From positions 1-64,000 of IMG/VR virus record IMGVR_UViG_3300045988_107970: a DNA stretch of 64,000 nt; one strand, written 5' to 3'. The translations under genes were made by a program, and so were the position numbers. Below, one piece after another: positions 38,306 through 48,305 of the stretch; positions within the stretch are counted from its first letter, which is position 1; each line of letters begins with the position of its first letter. Under the pieces are notes generated by a model. It was not told the origin of the DNA. It did no database searches and was given only the letters and a program-made list of their open reading frames with translations. The stretch is from a virus.

Positions 38306-39808
38306 ATGGCGGAAAAAAATAAAAAGAAATTAAGCGTATTTGAGCAGCAAAAGGTAGAGACTATTAAAAAGGTATCTGAATATAAACTTCAATGTGAAGC
38401 AAATGTTGTTGCTATTCTATATAAAGATCCAGACCAGCTGTATAATACCGACATTGATTTAAGTTCATTTACAAGTAATGTATGGAAAGTATTCTGGCAA
38501 ATTGCACACGACATTATTATTGTTGAGAACAAGAATACTCTTGACGATATTACAATAGGAATGTATCTCAATAAGCATCCAAAGCTTAATGAGAAGTATG
38601 TTGAGTATGGTGGCTATAATACTATTACTGCCGCTATGGGGTATGTCAATGAAGAGAATCTTGACGGCTATGTATCTGAGTTGCATAAGTGGGATGCTGT
38701 AAGAGAGCTTTGTGAAAAGGGATTTCCTGTAAAAGATAGGCTTTCTGATTATGCCGATATGTCTGAGGAAGAGATTTATAATGAGCATGAAGCATATCTA
38801 AATCATATCTTTGCAAATTCATCTGCTGGCATTAAGAGTGTCAATGTATTTGATGGTATGTATGAGTTTATTCAAGAGCTTAATGAGTGCAGCGAAGCTG
38901 GTATGCCGTTCTACAATGCCGACTTGCTTAATGCAGAAGTTGGCGGATTTAATCTTAATGGCAATATTTATGGACTCGGTGCAGGAAGTGGCTGCGGCAA
39001 ATCTAATATGGCGTTTAACTGGATTATCCCTTCTGCTATGAAATATGGCGAAAAGGTGGTTATGTGTATCAACGAGGAAGATGAACGCCGTATTCGTAAA
39101 GAGCTTTTAATCTGGGTAGCCAATAATATTTTCCATGAAGAGCTTCATAAACGTACAATTCGTGACGGCGGATTTGATGGTGAGACAATTGCCCTGCTAA
39201 AGAAGTGCGCTGATTGGATTGACCAGCAGAAAGATGAACATATCTTGACTGTTATTCCGCTTGAAAGATATTCTGTTAATACAGTTATTAAGATTATTAA
39301 GAAGTATTCAAGTGCGTTTGGCGTGCGCGTATTTATTCTTGATACACTCAAAGAGAGTTTTGATGCTAAAACAGATGAGATATATAAATCTATGATGCGA
39401 GATATGGTTACTCTTTACGATGTTGTCAAGCCGTCTGCCAAAAACGTTGGGCTGTTTGTAACGTATCAGCTTGGTAAGGGTAGTTTAAAGATGCGTTATC
39501 TTACCAACAATGAGATTGGTCAAGCTAAGTCTATCGTAGATGTTATGAGTGTAAATCTTATGATGCGTAGACCGTATGAAGATGAATATGAAGGCGGATC
39601 AAAAGAGGTAATCGGTTATCGTCCAGATGGCAAAGACGGCAAATCAAAAATCGCCATTAAGCTAAAGAAGGATGATAATCCAATGATTACTTTTATATGT
39701 AAGAATAGGTTTGGTATTAGCGGCGGACATCAAGTTGTATCAAGCTGCGACCTTAGTACAAATACATATAAGGACATTGGATACTGTAACATACCTCAAG
39801 ATTTTTAA
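38306..39808 (+). CDS. dnaB: DnaB-like replicative DNA helicase
   Basis: Walker A GLGAGSGCGKSN; RecA-like C-terminal domain; 500 aa. Confidence 0.8.
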   Translation: MAEKNKKKLSVFEQQKVETIKKVSEYKLQCEANVVAILYKDPDQLYNTDIDLSSFTSNVWKVFWQIAHDIIIVENKNTLDDITIGMYLNKHPKLNEKYVEYGGYNTITAAMGYVNEENLDGYVSELHKWDAVRELCEKGFPVKDRLSDYADMSEEEIYNEHEAYLNHIFANSSAGIKSVNVFDGMYEFIQELNECSEAGMPFYNADLLNAEVGGFNLNGNIYGLGAGSGCGKSNMAFNWIIPSAMKYGEKVVMCINEEDERRIRKELLIWVANNIFHEELHKRTIRDGGFDGETIALLKKCADWIDQQKDEHILTVIPLERYSVNTVIKIIKKYSSAFGVRVFILDTLKESFDAKTDEIYKSMMRDMVTLYDVVKPSAKNVGLFVTYQLGKGSLKMRYLTNNEIGQAKSIVDVMSVNLMMRRPYEDEYEGGSKEVIGYRPDGKDGKSKIAIKLKKDDNPMITFICKNRFGISGGHQVVSSCDLSTNTYKDIGYCNIPQDF

Positions 39809-39815
39809 TTTTACT

Positions 39816-39830
39816 ATTAATGTTATATGC
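39816..39830 (+). promoter_or_regulatory. middle-region promoter-like motif
   Basis: ATTAATGTTATATGC. Confidence 0.6.
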
Positions 39831-39881
39831 GGTTGTGCTATACTTTAATAAGTGACTGAGCGTGAAAGGAGTGATATTTAG

Positions 39882-40946
39882 ATGGATGCAGCTTCTCTAA
39901 AGGAATATATCTTCAATAATAATAAAGTTGAATTTGTTCTAGATAAGATTGGTTGTAAGTCAATTAAATATCACTCCTCTAAAAATTTTTATTCATCGAC
40001 TAATTACAATGGCGATAATAGCGGCGCTGTCAATGTCTACAATAACAAATATCTTCTCGTTCATAATTGGACTCGTGAGAGTGAGTTTGATGATGTTGCA
40101 GATATTATTTCCCTCACTAAATACAACAAGAAGTGTTCATTTGTAAGCGCCATTAAATATCTTCATAAGATTCTTGGGCTTAAGTTTACGCAATATGAAA
40201 AAGAGGAAAAGGAAGATCCGTTGGCTGTATTTAAGAACGCTATAAGTACGTGCAAATGTATAAACGTAGCGAATATACAAGCCATTAGAGAAGAAGCTAT
40301 CAACGATTATGTTCCTTTGCTCTACATTGATTGGCTGCGAGAAGGCATTATGCCTTGGGCTGCTAAAAAATTTGAACTAGCCTATTCATATAAATACCAT
40401 CGCGTAGTTGTTCCCATTAGATATTGGGAAGATGGCAGGCTAGTTGGGTTTAATCAAAGAACTACTGTCGAGAACTATGAAGAGCTGGGAATTCGTAAAT
40501 ATTTTCTGACACCCTCATATAAGAAAAACCTTAATCTCTATGGTCTTTGGGAAAACAAAGAAGAAATTGAGAACAAGAAGACTATAGTTATCTGTGAGTC
40601 TGAAAAGTCTGTCCTTAAAAGATATTCTCGCAATGATGGCACTTGTGTTGCGCTTCAAGGCAAGAAGCTAAGCGAAGAGCAAAGGAGTATTATCCTCGGA
40701 CTAGATGTAAACGAAGTTATTGTTGCTCTTGATAATGATGTTCCAATAGAAGAGGTACGCCACATATGCGAGCAGTTCTTCTATATGAGAAAAGTATCAT
40801 ATGTGAAGGATAGATGGGATTTGCTCGGCGAGAAAGATGCTCCCGCCGATGCAGAGAATAAGGTGTATAATTTTCTTATGAAGCATCGAGTTAGATATGA
40901 TGAGTCAGAGCATCAAAAGTATTTAAGTGGTCTTAAGAAGAAATGA
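39882..40946 (+). CDS. DNA primase (TOPRIM domain)
   Basis: TOPRIM motifs IVICESEKSVL and VALDNDV; no clear CHC2 zinc finger at the N-terminus. Confidence 0.7.
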   Translation: MDAASLKEYIFNNNKVEFVLDKIGCKSIKYHSSKNFYSSTNYNGDNSGAVNVYNNKYLLVHNWTRESEFDDVADIISLTKYNKKCSFVSAIKYLHKILGLKFTQYEKEEKEDPLAVFKNAISTCKCINVANIQAIREEAINDYVPLLYIDWLREGIMPWAAKKFELAYSYKYHRVVVPIRYWEDGRLVGFNQRTTVENYEELGIRKYFLTPSYKKNLNLYGLWENKEEIENKKTIVICESEKSVLKRYSRNDGTCVALQGKKLSEEQRSIILGLDVNEVIVALDNDVPIEEVRHICEQFFYMRKVSYVKDRWDLLGEKDAPADAENKVYNFLMKHRVRYDESEHQKYLSGLKKK

Positions 40947-40954
40947 GGTAGACA

Positions 40955-41176
40955 ATGAAGCTCGTATTTCAGAACAGTCGAGGACATGAGCGAACAATTG
41001 CATATGTTAAAACGGCTGATGAAGCGTATTCTGAAATTAAAAAATTCTGTAACGAAAGAGACTTTCATATTTACTATACTCGTATTTGGCAAGACGATGA
41101 TGGTGCGACAGTCTATGATGTTGGCTCGCATGTAAGCTTCTTTAAACTATATCAAGATAACAAGGAGCAGAAATGA
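40955..41176 (+). CDS. hypothetical protein (73 aa)
   Basis: ORF track. Confidence 0.55.
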   Translation: MKLVFQNSRGHERTIAYVKTADEAYSEIKKFCNERDFHIYYTRIWQDDDGATVYDVGSHVSFFKLYQDNKEQK

Positions 41177-41484
41177 TTACGAAAAAAGATTTTGTTTCCG
41201 CAGTGAATTCAATTAAAGAAGTTGAGAACTTCTATCATCAGTATGGTCATAAGTGCTATGTTAAGAACTCGCTAATTCAAACGCTTGTAGATTCTGTTGG
41301 CGATAAATATGAATGGACTGCATGGTACATCAATACGACTCGATATGGTGAAGTGAATAACACTGTAAGTGCCGGTGAATATGGCAACGAAGTTAAACAC
41401 TATGTTATCAAGACTGTCGATGATTTGTATGACTTCCTTGCAGACTATTATCATTGGAATGAAATGGATTATAAGTATGAGTAA
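41173..41484 (+). CDS. hypothetical protein (103 aa)
   Basis: ORF track; ATGA overlap with the upstream gene. Confidence 0.6.
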   Translation: MITKKDFVSAVNSIKEVENFYHQYGHKCYVKNSLIQTLVDSVGDKYEWTAWYINTTRYGEVNNTVSAGEYGNEVKHYVIKTVDDLYDFLADYYHWNEMDYKYE

Positions 41485-41686
41485 CTATCCAGACTACACT
41501 TGGGAACAAGATTCCTACGCACCGTGGAATAGCGATGAGGATTATATCGACAAGAAGTGCAAGCAGTGTTCACTGTTCGCAAAAATTCCAGATGATATCT
41601 GTGCAACAGACATGGGATATTGTATTGAGTGCTGTGATTATTTTAGCGGCGAAGACGATGCCTGCGCTTCTTTTGAACTATATTAA
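41477..41686 (+). CDS. hypothetical Cys-rich protein (69 aa)
   Basis: ATG 41477 inside ORF 41369..41686; overlaps the upstream stop. Confidence 0.5.
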   Translation: MSNYPDYTWEQDSYAPWNSDEDYIDKKCKQCSLFAKIPDDICATDMGYCIECCDYFSGEDDACASFELY

Positions 41687-41688
41687 GG

Positions 41689-41940
41689 ATGTTATATATG
41701 AGTGGTAATTGTTCAGATGACTTAAATTCATGGCATACTAATTTCGCTACGACAACAGATGATATCCAAGAATTTATGAAGATTACATATTATATGATGG
41801 GCATTGTAGATGAGTTCATTGGTATGTGTGATGCTTCAACATATGGCGGATTTAGAGATAATGATTTTCGTATGTTCAAAAGAATGCATAAAGAAATGGA
41901 CGATATCATAGAGCGCCGAGGAATATACATCAATAAATAG
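41689..41940 (+). CDS. hypothetical protein (83 aa)
   Basis: ORF track. Confidence 0.55.
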   Translation: MLYMSGNCSDDLNSWHTNFATTTDDIQEFMKITYYMMGIVDEFIGMCDASTYGGFRDNDFRMFKRMHKEMDDIIERRGIYINK

Positions 41941-41952
41941 AGCGGTGTGATA

Positions 41953-42246
41953 ATGGAAATTGTAAGCATTGACCGTGTGAAGGCTCGCAAACCACATAAG
42001 TGTGATATGTGCGGCAAGAAGATTGAAGTCGGCGAAGAATACGAAGCCCAAAACTTAGTCTGTTATAATGAGATGTATACGTTTCATCAGTGCGACAGAT
42101 GCAAGCCATATGTCGATGAGCTGTGGAGTATAGGTTTTGATAACGACCTAGACGGACTTGATTCATGTACCTTTTATTCGTTTATGTCAGAAGAGCATAA
42201 TGATGTTTTGGATAAATGGTATAAAGAAGATGGTTATGATGAGTAA
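41953..42246 (+). CDS. hypothetical zinc-ribbon protein (97 aa)
   Basis: CDMCGK...CDRC. Confidence 0.55.
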   Translation: MEIVSIDRVKARKPHKCDMCGKKIEVGEEYEAQNLVCYNEMYTFHQCDRCKPYVDELWSIGFDNDLDGLDSCTFYSFMSEEHNDVLDKWYKEDGYDE

Positions 42247-42430
42247 GAAAAGCACTATAATCTGCGACAGGTGCGGCAAAGAAGTACCATACAATGTAGG
42301 CAAAAGGTTTTATCATCATACATGTATATTGTTTGATAGGTTTTGTCTATGGGATAGCATAGAAGATAGGCTTGATTTGTGTGATGATTGCTCAAATGAG
42401 TTTCGCAAGTGGCTAAAGAAAGAGGTGTAG
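42236..42430 (+). CDS. hypothetical zinc-ribbon protein (64 aa)
   Basis: CDRCGK...CDDC; overlaps the upstream stop. Confidence 0.5.
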   Translation: MMSKKSTIICDRCGKEVPYNVGKRFYHHTCILFDRFCLWDSIEDRLDLCDDCSNEFRKWLKKEV

Positions 42431-42433
42431 ATT

Positions 42434-42703
42434 ATGGCATTGGATTTAACATGGTTTGACGTAGATGGAGATATCGAAACATTCTATACCTATTGTCTTC
42501 ATCACATGGAAGGCTGCGATGAGCCAGAATGGACTATGTACAATCGAATCACGGCGGTAATTGAAGATTATTGGATGAAGAAGTTTAAGTTTAAACTTAA
42601 GGATTCAGTTGACAATAATCTTAAGGGCTTGGTAGTTGGCAATGTGATTGAAGACACCATTGCAGAGATGCCAAACGCATTGAAGATGTTAGAGGATTCA
42701 TAG
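42434..42703 (+). CDS. hypothetical protein (89 aa)
   Basis: ORF track. Confidence 0.55.
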   Translation: MALDLTWFDVDGDIETFYTYCLHHMEGCDEPEWTMYNRITAVIEDYWMKKFKFKLKDSVDNNLKGLVVGNVIEDTIAEMPNALKMLEDS

Positions 42704-42715
42704 AGAGGAATTGAT

Positions 42716-42985
42716 ATGGCTATATACAAACTTGAATTTGATTGGTGGACAGTCGAGGACGAGGACAAACCTTGGTATGAACAGGAGCAGCGAGTATATT
42801 ATTTCACGCACGCCGAGGACGCGCTTGATTTCGTTGACCGTGTAGTCTGGAATGAAGCTGCATATGTATCTATGGGCAGTCCGATTAACGCATATCTTTA
42901 TAAGTTTACCGAGTCTAGGCAGTATGATGAGCGAGATTGCCGATATATCGCTGCATGGCACGATATTGACAAAAGAGTGCGCTAA
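42716..42985 (+). CDS. hypothetical protein (89 aa)
   Basis: ORF track. Confidence 0.55.
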   Translation: MAIYKLEFDWWTVEDEDKPWYEQEQRVYYFTHAEDALDFVDRVVWNEAAYVSMGSPINAYLYKFTESRQYDERDCRYIAAWHDIDKRVR

Positions 42986-43024
42986 AACAACGCTCTGACC
43001 TGCGGTTTTGTTGACGAAAAAAGC

Positions 43025-43117
43025 TTTAAAATCGTGATTTTAAAAGTTTGATAATTCCAATAAAAATGTTAATTCCAAATAGCAATTGGAAGCAACAAAA
43101 AATATTGGAATTATCAA
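43025..43117. repeat. nested palindromes built on AATTCCAA / TTGGAATT
   Basis: TTTAAAATC/GATTTTAAA (43025-43044); outer 14-bp inverted repeat TTGATAATTCCAAT (43048-43061) / ATTGGAATTATCAA (43104-43117); inner TTCCAA/TTGGAA (43073-43091). Confidence 0.85.
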
Positions 43118-43212
43118 AGAATAAAACATACCTTTAACGTCTAATTCAATTTAATATTGTGATATAATAATGACCGTATATAAGGCGGTCATTATTTGTA
43201 TAGGGAGACGAT

Positions 43213-43434
43213 ATGGAGCTAGACACATTTTATGTCGTAACGATTCCAGAACATACAAAGAAAGAAATTTCTTTTAGCACAAAAAAGTTTGGCACATGCA
43301 TAGGTATTACACCAGAAGAAACACAAGTCTGTATTCCAGAAGAGAAATACTATTTCAACAAACGTAAACAGGCTAAGAAGTTTTGTTTAGAGAATAACTA
43401 TCCGTTTGAATACATTACAAAGGAGTTGTATTAA
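43213..43434 (+). CDS. hypothetical protein (73 aa)
   Basis: ORF track; GGGAGA RBS. Confidence 0.55.
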   Translation: MELDTFYVVTIPEHTKKEISFSTKKFGTCIGITPEETQVCIPEEKYYFNKRKQAKKFCLENNYPFEYITKELY

Positions 43435-44642
43435 TGGCGCGTTTGTCAAAAGAAGAACTTGATAAAATCAAAGAAAAATACAGCGTATCACGTATATGGT
43501 CATGGAGTCGTGTAAATACCTACATGACTTCTAAGTACGAGTATTATCTTAAATACGTCAAGCACGTGAATGAAGATAGAACAGACTGCGGATATGCGCC
43601 ACTCGGATCTATCGCACATGACACTCTTGACGCATTCTATGAGGGTGATATTTCATATGAAGATATGATTAGTCAGTTCGAGGATGGTTGGCTTACTGCC
43701 ATTGACATTGCAGACCTTAAGCTTGACCGTAATGATGAAGAGCATGATGCTAGTATCAAGGCTAAATACAAGGAAGATTTACAAATCTTCTTTAAAAACC
43801 ATATTAAGTATGAGCATAAACTGCTTATTGAGAAGCCTGTAATTGCACAGGTTGGTGATAATGTATTTGTTGGCTATATCGATGCATTGTTCAAGGATGA
43901 TAATGGTTGCTATAATATCATAGATTTTAAGACTAGCTCTATGTACAAGGGCAAGACGCTTGAAGAGCATTCAGGGCAGCTAACTATCTATGGATTAGGA
44001 CTAGTACAAGCTGGTATTCCACTTGATAAGGTAAAGATTTGCTTTAATTTCTTAAAGTATTGTAACGTTCAGTATCATCAGAAGAATGGCGCAGTAAAAG
44101 AGCGACAGGTAGAGCGCTATAAGCTTGGTGACAGTCTCAAGACAAATGTTAAGATGTGGCTTAAAGCCGATGGGTATTCGGAAGACGAAGTTGATAATTA
44201 TCTGAAGCTTCTTATTGATACAAACACCATTGATGTATTGCCAGATGATGTACGTGATAAGTATGTGATTACAGATTGCCATGTATTTATTCCATTTACA
44301 CAGGAGTTAATTGATAAGTGGACTGATACGATTGTGTCTACCATTCAAGATATTAACATGCGCGAGAAAGATTACGAAGAGACTAAGAGCGATGCCGCGT
44401 TTTGGGATTCCGAGGAAGATGTCAAAGCTCAATCGTATTACTTCTCGACATTAATGGGATACAGCGCAAATCTGCATAAGCCATATAAAGAATATCTAGA
44501 CAAACTAGAAGCTCAGAAGAATGATACAGATATATTTGGCGGTCTTGTTGGAGATTCTAAAAATGACGTTGCAACTAGTCAGGATATATGCAATAATAAG
44601 ACCGATGAAGTAGATTTATCTTGGTTAGATGAACTAGCCTAA
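43434..44642 (+). CDS. PD-(D/E)XK exonuclease (RecB/Cas4-like fold)
   Basis: Core motif GYIDALFKDDNGCYNIIDFKTS; C-terminal tail DEVDLSWLDELA. Confidence 0.65.
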   Translation: MARLSKEELDKIKEKYSVSRIWSWSRVNTYMTSKYEYYLKYVKHVNEDRTDCGYAPLGSIAHDTLDAFYEGDISYEDMISQFEDGWLTAIDIADLKLDRNDEEHDASIKAKYKEDLQIFFKNHIKYEHKLLIEKPVIAQVGDNVFVGYIDALFKDDNGCYNIIDFKTSSMYKGKTLEEHSGQLTIYGLGLVQAGIPLDKVKICFNFLKYCNVQYHQKNGAVKERQVERYKLGDSLKTNVKMWLKADGYSEDEVDNYLKLLIDTNTIDVLPDDVRDKYVITDCHVFIPFTQELIDKWTDTIVSTIQDINMREKDYEETKSDAAFWDSEEDVKAQSYYFSTLMGYSANLHKPYKEYLDKLEAQKNDTDIFGGLVGDSKNDVATSQDICNNKTDEVDLSWLDELA

Positions 44643-44660
44643 CTTGTAGAAGGATATACA

Positions 44661-46685
44661 GTGAGCAATGGTATTAACGTTTTAAATCTATGCGATGGTA
44701 TTTCGTGTGGCAAGGTCGCTCTTGACCGCGCTGGCATCAAGGTGAATAAGTATTTTTCAAGTGAGATTGACGAGAATGCCATTGCTATTTCTGAGAAGAA
44801 TCACGATGGTATTATTCGTCTTGGTGATATTACTAAGTGGCGTGAATGGGATTTGCCGCATATCGACTTGGTTTTGTCAGGCACGTCTTGTTTCCCAGCT
44901 GGTGCGCTTGTGCTACGTGAAGATGGTTTTGTTCCAATTGAAGAGATTAAAGTTGGAGACATGGTAATGACGCACAAGGGTCGTTTACGCCGTGTACTTG
45001 CAACTGGTTCAAAGCTTTCTGAAACAATCATGCTTAAAGGTCAGGGTTCTGTTGGAATCGAATGTACTCCAAATCATCCGTTTTATAGTGTGCATAAGCA
45101 ATGGCCGCATACAGCTGGAAACCCGAGCAATAAGTCAATTGTTTCTGAACCTGAGTGGGTTGAAGCAAAGGACATGAAAAGCAAGTTTTGGCTTAATGTG
45201 TGCAATGTAGAAGAGCCAACTGAAGTTCCTCAATTTGATGAAGCACAATTTAATGTTAGTGATTGTGGACATATTAAAGATTTCCAAATGACTAGTGCGT
45301 TTTTCTACTTTGTTGGTAGATGGCTTGGAGACGGATGGGCTAATGTTCACAAAAGAAAGAATCGCGTTCATTCAAATTTAAAACGAGTATATGTGTGTTG
45401 TTCACACGATGAAGAAGAGTACCTTGAAAAGAAATTGAGTGAAACTGGTTTATATTTTAGTAGAACCGACAACGGGTCAACTATGAGATTTACATGTTCT
45501 TCTACTCAGCTATATGACTGGATTATTGGCAATTTCGGAGTTCATGCAGATGGCAAGAACATCCCGTATTGGTGCCTTGGTATGCCAGTAGAATTTCGTA
45601 AGGCGATGTTTGAAGGATATATTGATGCAGACGGTACCAATAGAGACAATGGAGTTAGATCGAATTCTATTAATAGAGGATTAACTGTTGGAATGAAGCT
45701 TATTGCTGGTTCTCTTGGGATGGCATTAAGTACATATAAATTTAACACAAAAGAAAATGGTATGATTGAAGGTAGGATTGTAAATCAAAAACCTCTTTAT
45801 GAACAATCGTATTATCATGATTCTCGTAGTGCAATGTTTCTTGATACTGGTTGGTTTGGATGCGTAAGAAGCGTGAAGCCGTGTCGTGATACTGCTATGG
45901 TATACAATCTAGAGGTTGAAGAAGATAATTCATATACTGTAGACGGCATTGCTGTACACAATTGTCAAGGATTCTCCCGTGCTGGTATGATGCTTAATTT
46001 CAAGGATGAGCGCAGTAAACTATTTTTTGAATTCGTTGATATTCTTAATGACATTAAGACAAAGAATCCAGATGTCTTGTTTCTATTTGAGAATGTCAAG
46101 ATGAAAGATGTGTGGAAAGATATTATCACCGATAAGCTTGGCGTTGAGCCTATTGAGATTAACAGTAAACTTATGAGCGCACAAAATCGTTGGCGTACAT
46201 ATTGGACTAATATCCCCAATGTTGAAAAGCCAAAGGACAAGGGTATTAAGCTGCTTGATATTCTTGAAGACAATCCCGATGTTGAATTGGTTGAGCATAA
46301 GGGAATCATGTTCGATTCATACTTTCCAGAGAATGCTGTTGCCATTGTTAATCGAGTTGATGGCGAGCTACGTATCAATCAAGCAACTAAGAAGGGTTAT
46401 ATTGTAGCGCATAATGGTGATGGCGTTAATCTATCATTCCCGACTAGCAAGACTCGGCGTGGTCGTGTGATTAAGCAGAAGTCATCTACTCTTGATTGTG
46501 CCTGCGATGCATCTGTGTATTACGACAATACGATTAGACGTTTGACTTGCACTGAGCTAGAGCGCCTTCAAACGCTGCCTGATGGGTATACAGAAGGTTG
46601 GGTTAGGAGTAACAGGGTCAAGGCGATCGGCAATGGCTGGACTGTTGACGTAATTGCATGGATCCTTAGTTTTATGAAGCAGTAA
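44661..46685 (+). CDS. DNA (cytosine-5) methyltransferase interrupted by an intein
   Basis: Motif I LNLCDGISCG; motif IV (S)CQGFS split by the intein; FLFENV; AQNRWR; AIGNGWTV. Confidence 0.85.
   Translation: MSNGINVLNLCDGISCGKVALDRAGIKVNKYFSSEIDENAIAISEKNHDGIIRLGDITKWREWDLPHIDLVLSGTSCFPAGALVLREDGFVPIEEIKVGDMVMTHKGRLRRVLATGSKLSETIMLKGQGSVGIECTPNHPFYSVHKQWPHTAGNPSNKSIVSEPEWVEAKDMKSKFWLNVCNVEEPTEVPQFDEAQFNVSDCGHIKDFQMTSAFFYFVGRWLGDGWANVHKRKNRVHSNLKRVYVCCSHDEEEYLEKKLSETGLYFSRTDNGSTMRFTCSSTQLYDWIIGNFGVHADGKNIPYWCLGMPVEFRKAMFEGYIDADGTNRDNGVRSNSINRGLTVGMKLIAGSLGMALSTYKFNTKENGMIEGRIVNQKPLYEQSYYHDSRSAMFLDTGWFGCVRSVKPCRDTAMVYNLEVEEDNSYTVDGIAVHNCQGFSRAGMMLNFKDERSKLFFEFVDILNDIKTKNPDVLFLFENVKMKDVWKDIITDKLGVEPIEINSKLMSAQNRWRTYWTNIPNVEKPKDKGIKLLDILEDNPDVELVEHKGIMFDSYFPENAVAIVNRVDGELRINQATKKGYIVAHNGDGVNLSFPTSKTRRGRVIKQKSSTLDCACDASVYYDNTIRRLTCTELERLQTLPDGYTEGWVRSNRVKAIGNGWTVDVIAWILSFMKQ
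44889..45962 (+). mobile_element. intein (358 aa) with LAGLIDADG homing-endonuclease domain
   Basis: Starts CFPAGALVLREDGFVPIEEIKVGDMV and ends YTVDGIAVHN, followed by +1 Cys. LAGLIDADG blocks FVGRWLGDGWA and FEGYIDADGT. Confidence 0.85.
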
Positions 46686-46734
46686 AATATCTATTTTAAG
46701 GAGCGGATATGAAAAAGGCAGACCTAAAAAGTTT

Positions 46735-47130
46735 ATGATTGTTCGTAATGGATATGGCAATTTATTTATTTTGTTAAGTTATAACAATAATGAATGGGCA
46801 ATCGGCAGAGGTCTAACGGATGAAGAATACGAAAGCGGTCTATATGATGACTGCTATGTTCCGATTGGTTATGAACATTATGAGTTTAATGATGATTTGG
46901 TACACGTAGAAGATCCTATTGCAAGTATTACTAAAATATATGATTCTGTTCCTGTAAAATTTCCATTTGAACTTGACGTTGAAAGTTTATATGATAAATA
47001 TAAGCCAAAGCTTCTTTGGGAACGCGAACCTACGCCTGTCAGTTTGGATAAGCTCAATGGTTTTCAATCCAACAAAGAAGTGATGGAGTATATTGGTACT
47101 ATTGTCCCACCATATATAATAGTAGAATAA
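46735..47130 (+). CDS. hypothetical protein (131 aa)
   Basis: ORF track. Confidence 0.6.
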   Translation: MIVRNGYGNLFILLSYNNNEWAIGRGLTDEEYESGLYDDCYVPIGYEHYEFNDDLVHVEDPIASITKIYDSVPVKFPFELDVESLYDKYKPKLLWEREPTPVSLDKLNGFQSNKEVMEYIGTIVPPYIIVE

Positions 47131-47158
47131 TTTAAATATTAGTTTTTAGGAGATTGGT

Positions 47159-47770
47159 ATGAACGCTCTTGACCTAATAAAACAAAATAAGGTGATGTTG
47201 GCGATTGTAATAAAAGCAGAAGAAGCTGGTTTCGATGTACTGAAAGCAACAAGTGACAAAGTTACGGTAAAAGCCAATTGTTTACCAGTAGAAATCACAT
47301 GGGAGATGTGTTCGTGTCATGGCGGTAGAATGTGGCTGTCGCAGCTTAACACGAACATCAATACTGAACTATCTTCACCTGAATACGATGAAAAAAATGG
47401 CATCGTAGACCCAGAGACAGAGCTTGCGTTTTATATTGACAATAAGATGATTGATACTATCAAAAGCTTTGAAAAGTATGTCTATGTCGTTGATGTTATC
47501 GGGGAATACAAAAAGGATGAGCTAAGAACATCTTATTTCAAGAGTGTCGAAGACGCTTCTTACTTTGTGTTCCATGAGCATGGGCATGACCTTAACAGCG
47601 AATATGGAGAAGTGACGCATCAATATCCAAATCCTGATATGCAAGAGCGTATAACCTATGTCTGTGAAGATAATGGCGTGCTAAAGTTTAAGGGCGAAGC
47701 CATTAATAAGGGTAAAGCTGGTAGGGCATACGAAATTAAATTTAGGGTGTTTAGAAAGAAGATACACTAG
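47159..47770 (+). CDS. hypothetical protein (203 aa)
   Basis: ORF track; AGGAGA RBS. Confidence 0.65.
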   Translation: MNALDLIKQNKVMLAIVIKAEEAGFDVLKATSDKVTVKANCLPVEITWEMCSCHGGRMWLSQLNTNINTELSSPEYDEKNGIVDPETELAFYIDNKMIDTIKSFEKYVYVVDVIGEYKKDELRTSYFKSVEDASYFVFHEHGHDLNSEYGEVTHQYPNPDMQERITYVCEDNGVLKFKGEAINKGKAGRAYEIKFRVFRKKIH

Positions 47771-47788
47771 CACATTTAAGGAGATAAA

Positions 47789-48073
47789 ATGCTACCAATT
47801 CTTACTCATAGTGGGGTCATAAAGGATTATATAGCTGGTGAAGATATTAAGAACAATGATATCTGCATCGTAGACACAGAGACGCAGAAGATTAGAAAGC
47901 CGAAAAATCCTTCTGAGTGGTTCTATTGTCAAGTGGTTTATGTGTATGAGACTAATCCTTGGGCTATTGATGGTATCGAAGAGGGATATATTATAAGCCA
48001 AAAGATGATTGACGGCGGCACTATTAAAGAGGGAGCGCGATGCCGCTGCTGGCTCGGTTTCTTTAGAGTGTAG
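47789..48073 (+). CDS. hypothetical protein (94 aa)
   Basis: ORF track; AAGGAG RBS. Confidence 0.6.
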   Translation: MLPILTHSGVIKDYIAGEDIKNNDICIVDTETQKIRKPKNPSEWFYCQVVYVYETNPWAIDGIEEGYIISQKMIDGGTIKEGARCRCWLGFFRV

Positions 48074-48087
48074 GAGATGTTAGTCTA

Positions 48088-48282
48088 ATGGATGCAGAGC
48101 ATACTATAGTTCAGTGTTGCGGTGAAGTATATATCGATACTAGACCGCTTCCCAAGTGTCCTTCAAATTCAAAACGCTCATCAATCAACATTGTGGGCGA
48201 TAAGATTTATATGAATGGATATGAATATAAAAACGGCGAGTGGAAGAGAACTCTACGCGCCTTGTTCTATAATCTATTTTAA
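48088..48282 (+). CDS. hypothetical protein (64 aa)
   Basis: ORF track. Confidence 0.5.
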   Translation: MDAEHTIVQCCGEVYIDTRPLPKCPSNSKRSSINIVGDKIYMNGYEYKNGEWKRTLRALFYNLF

Positions 48283-48305
48283 ATGTAAATGTAGGATGCA
48301 TTATA

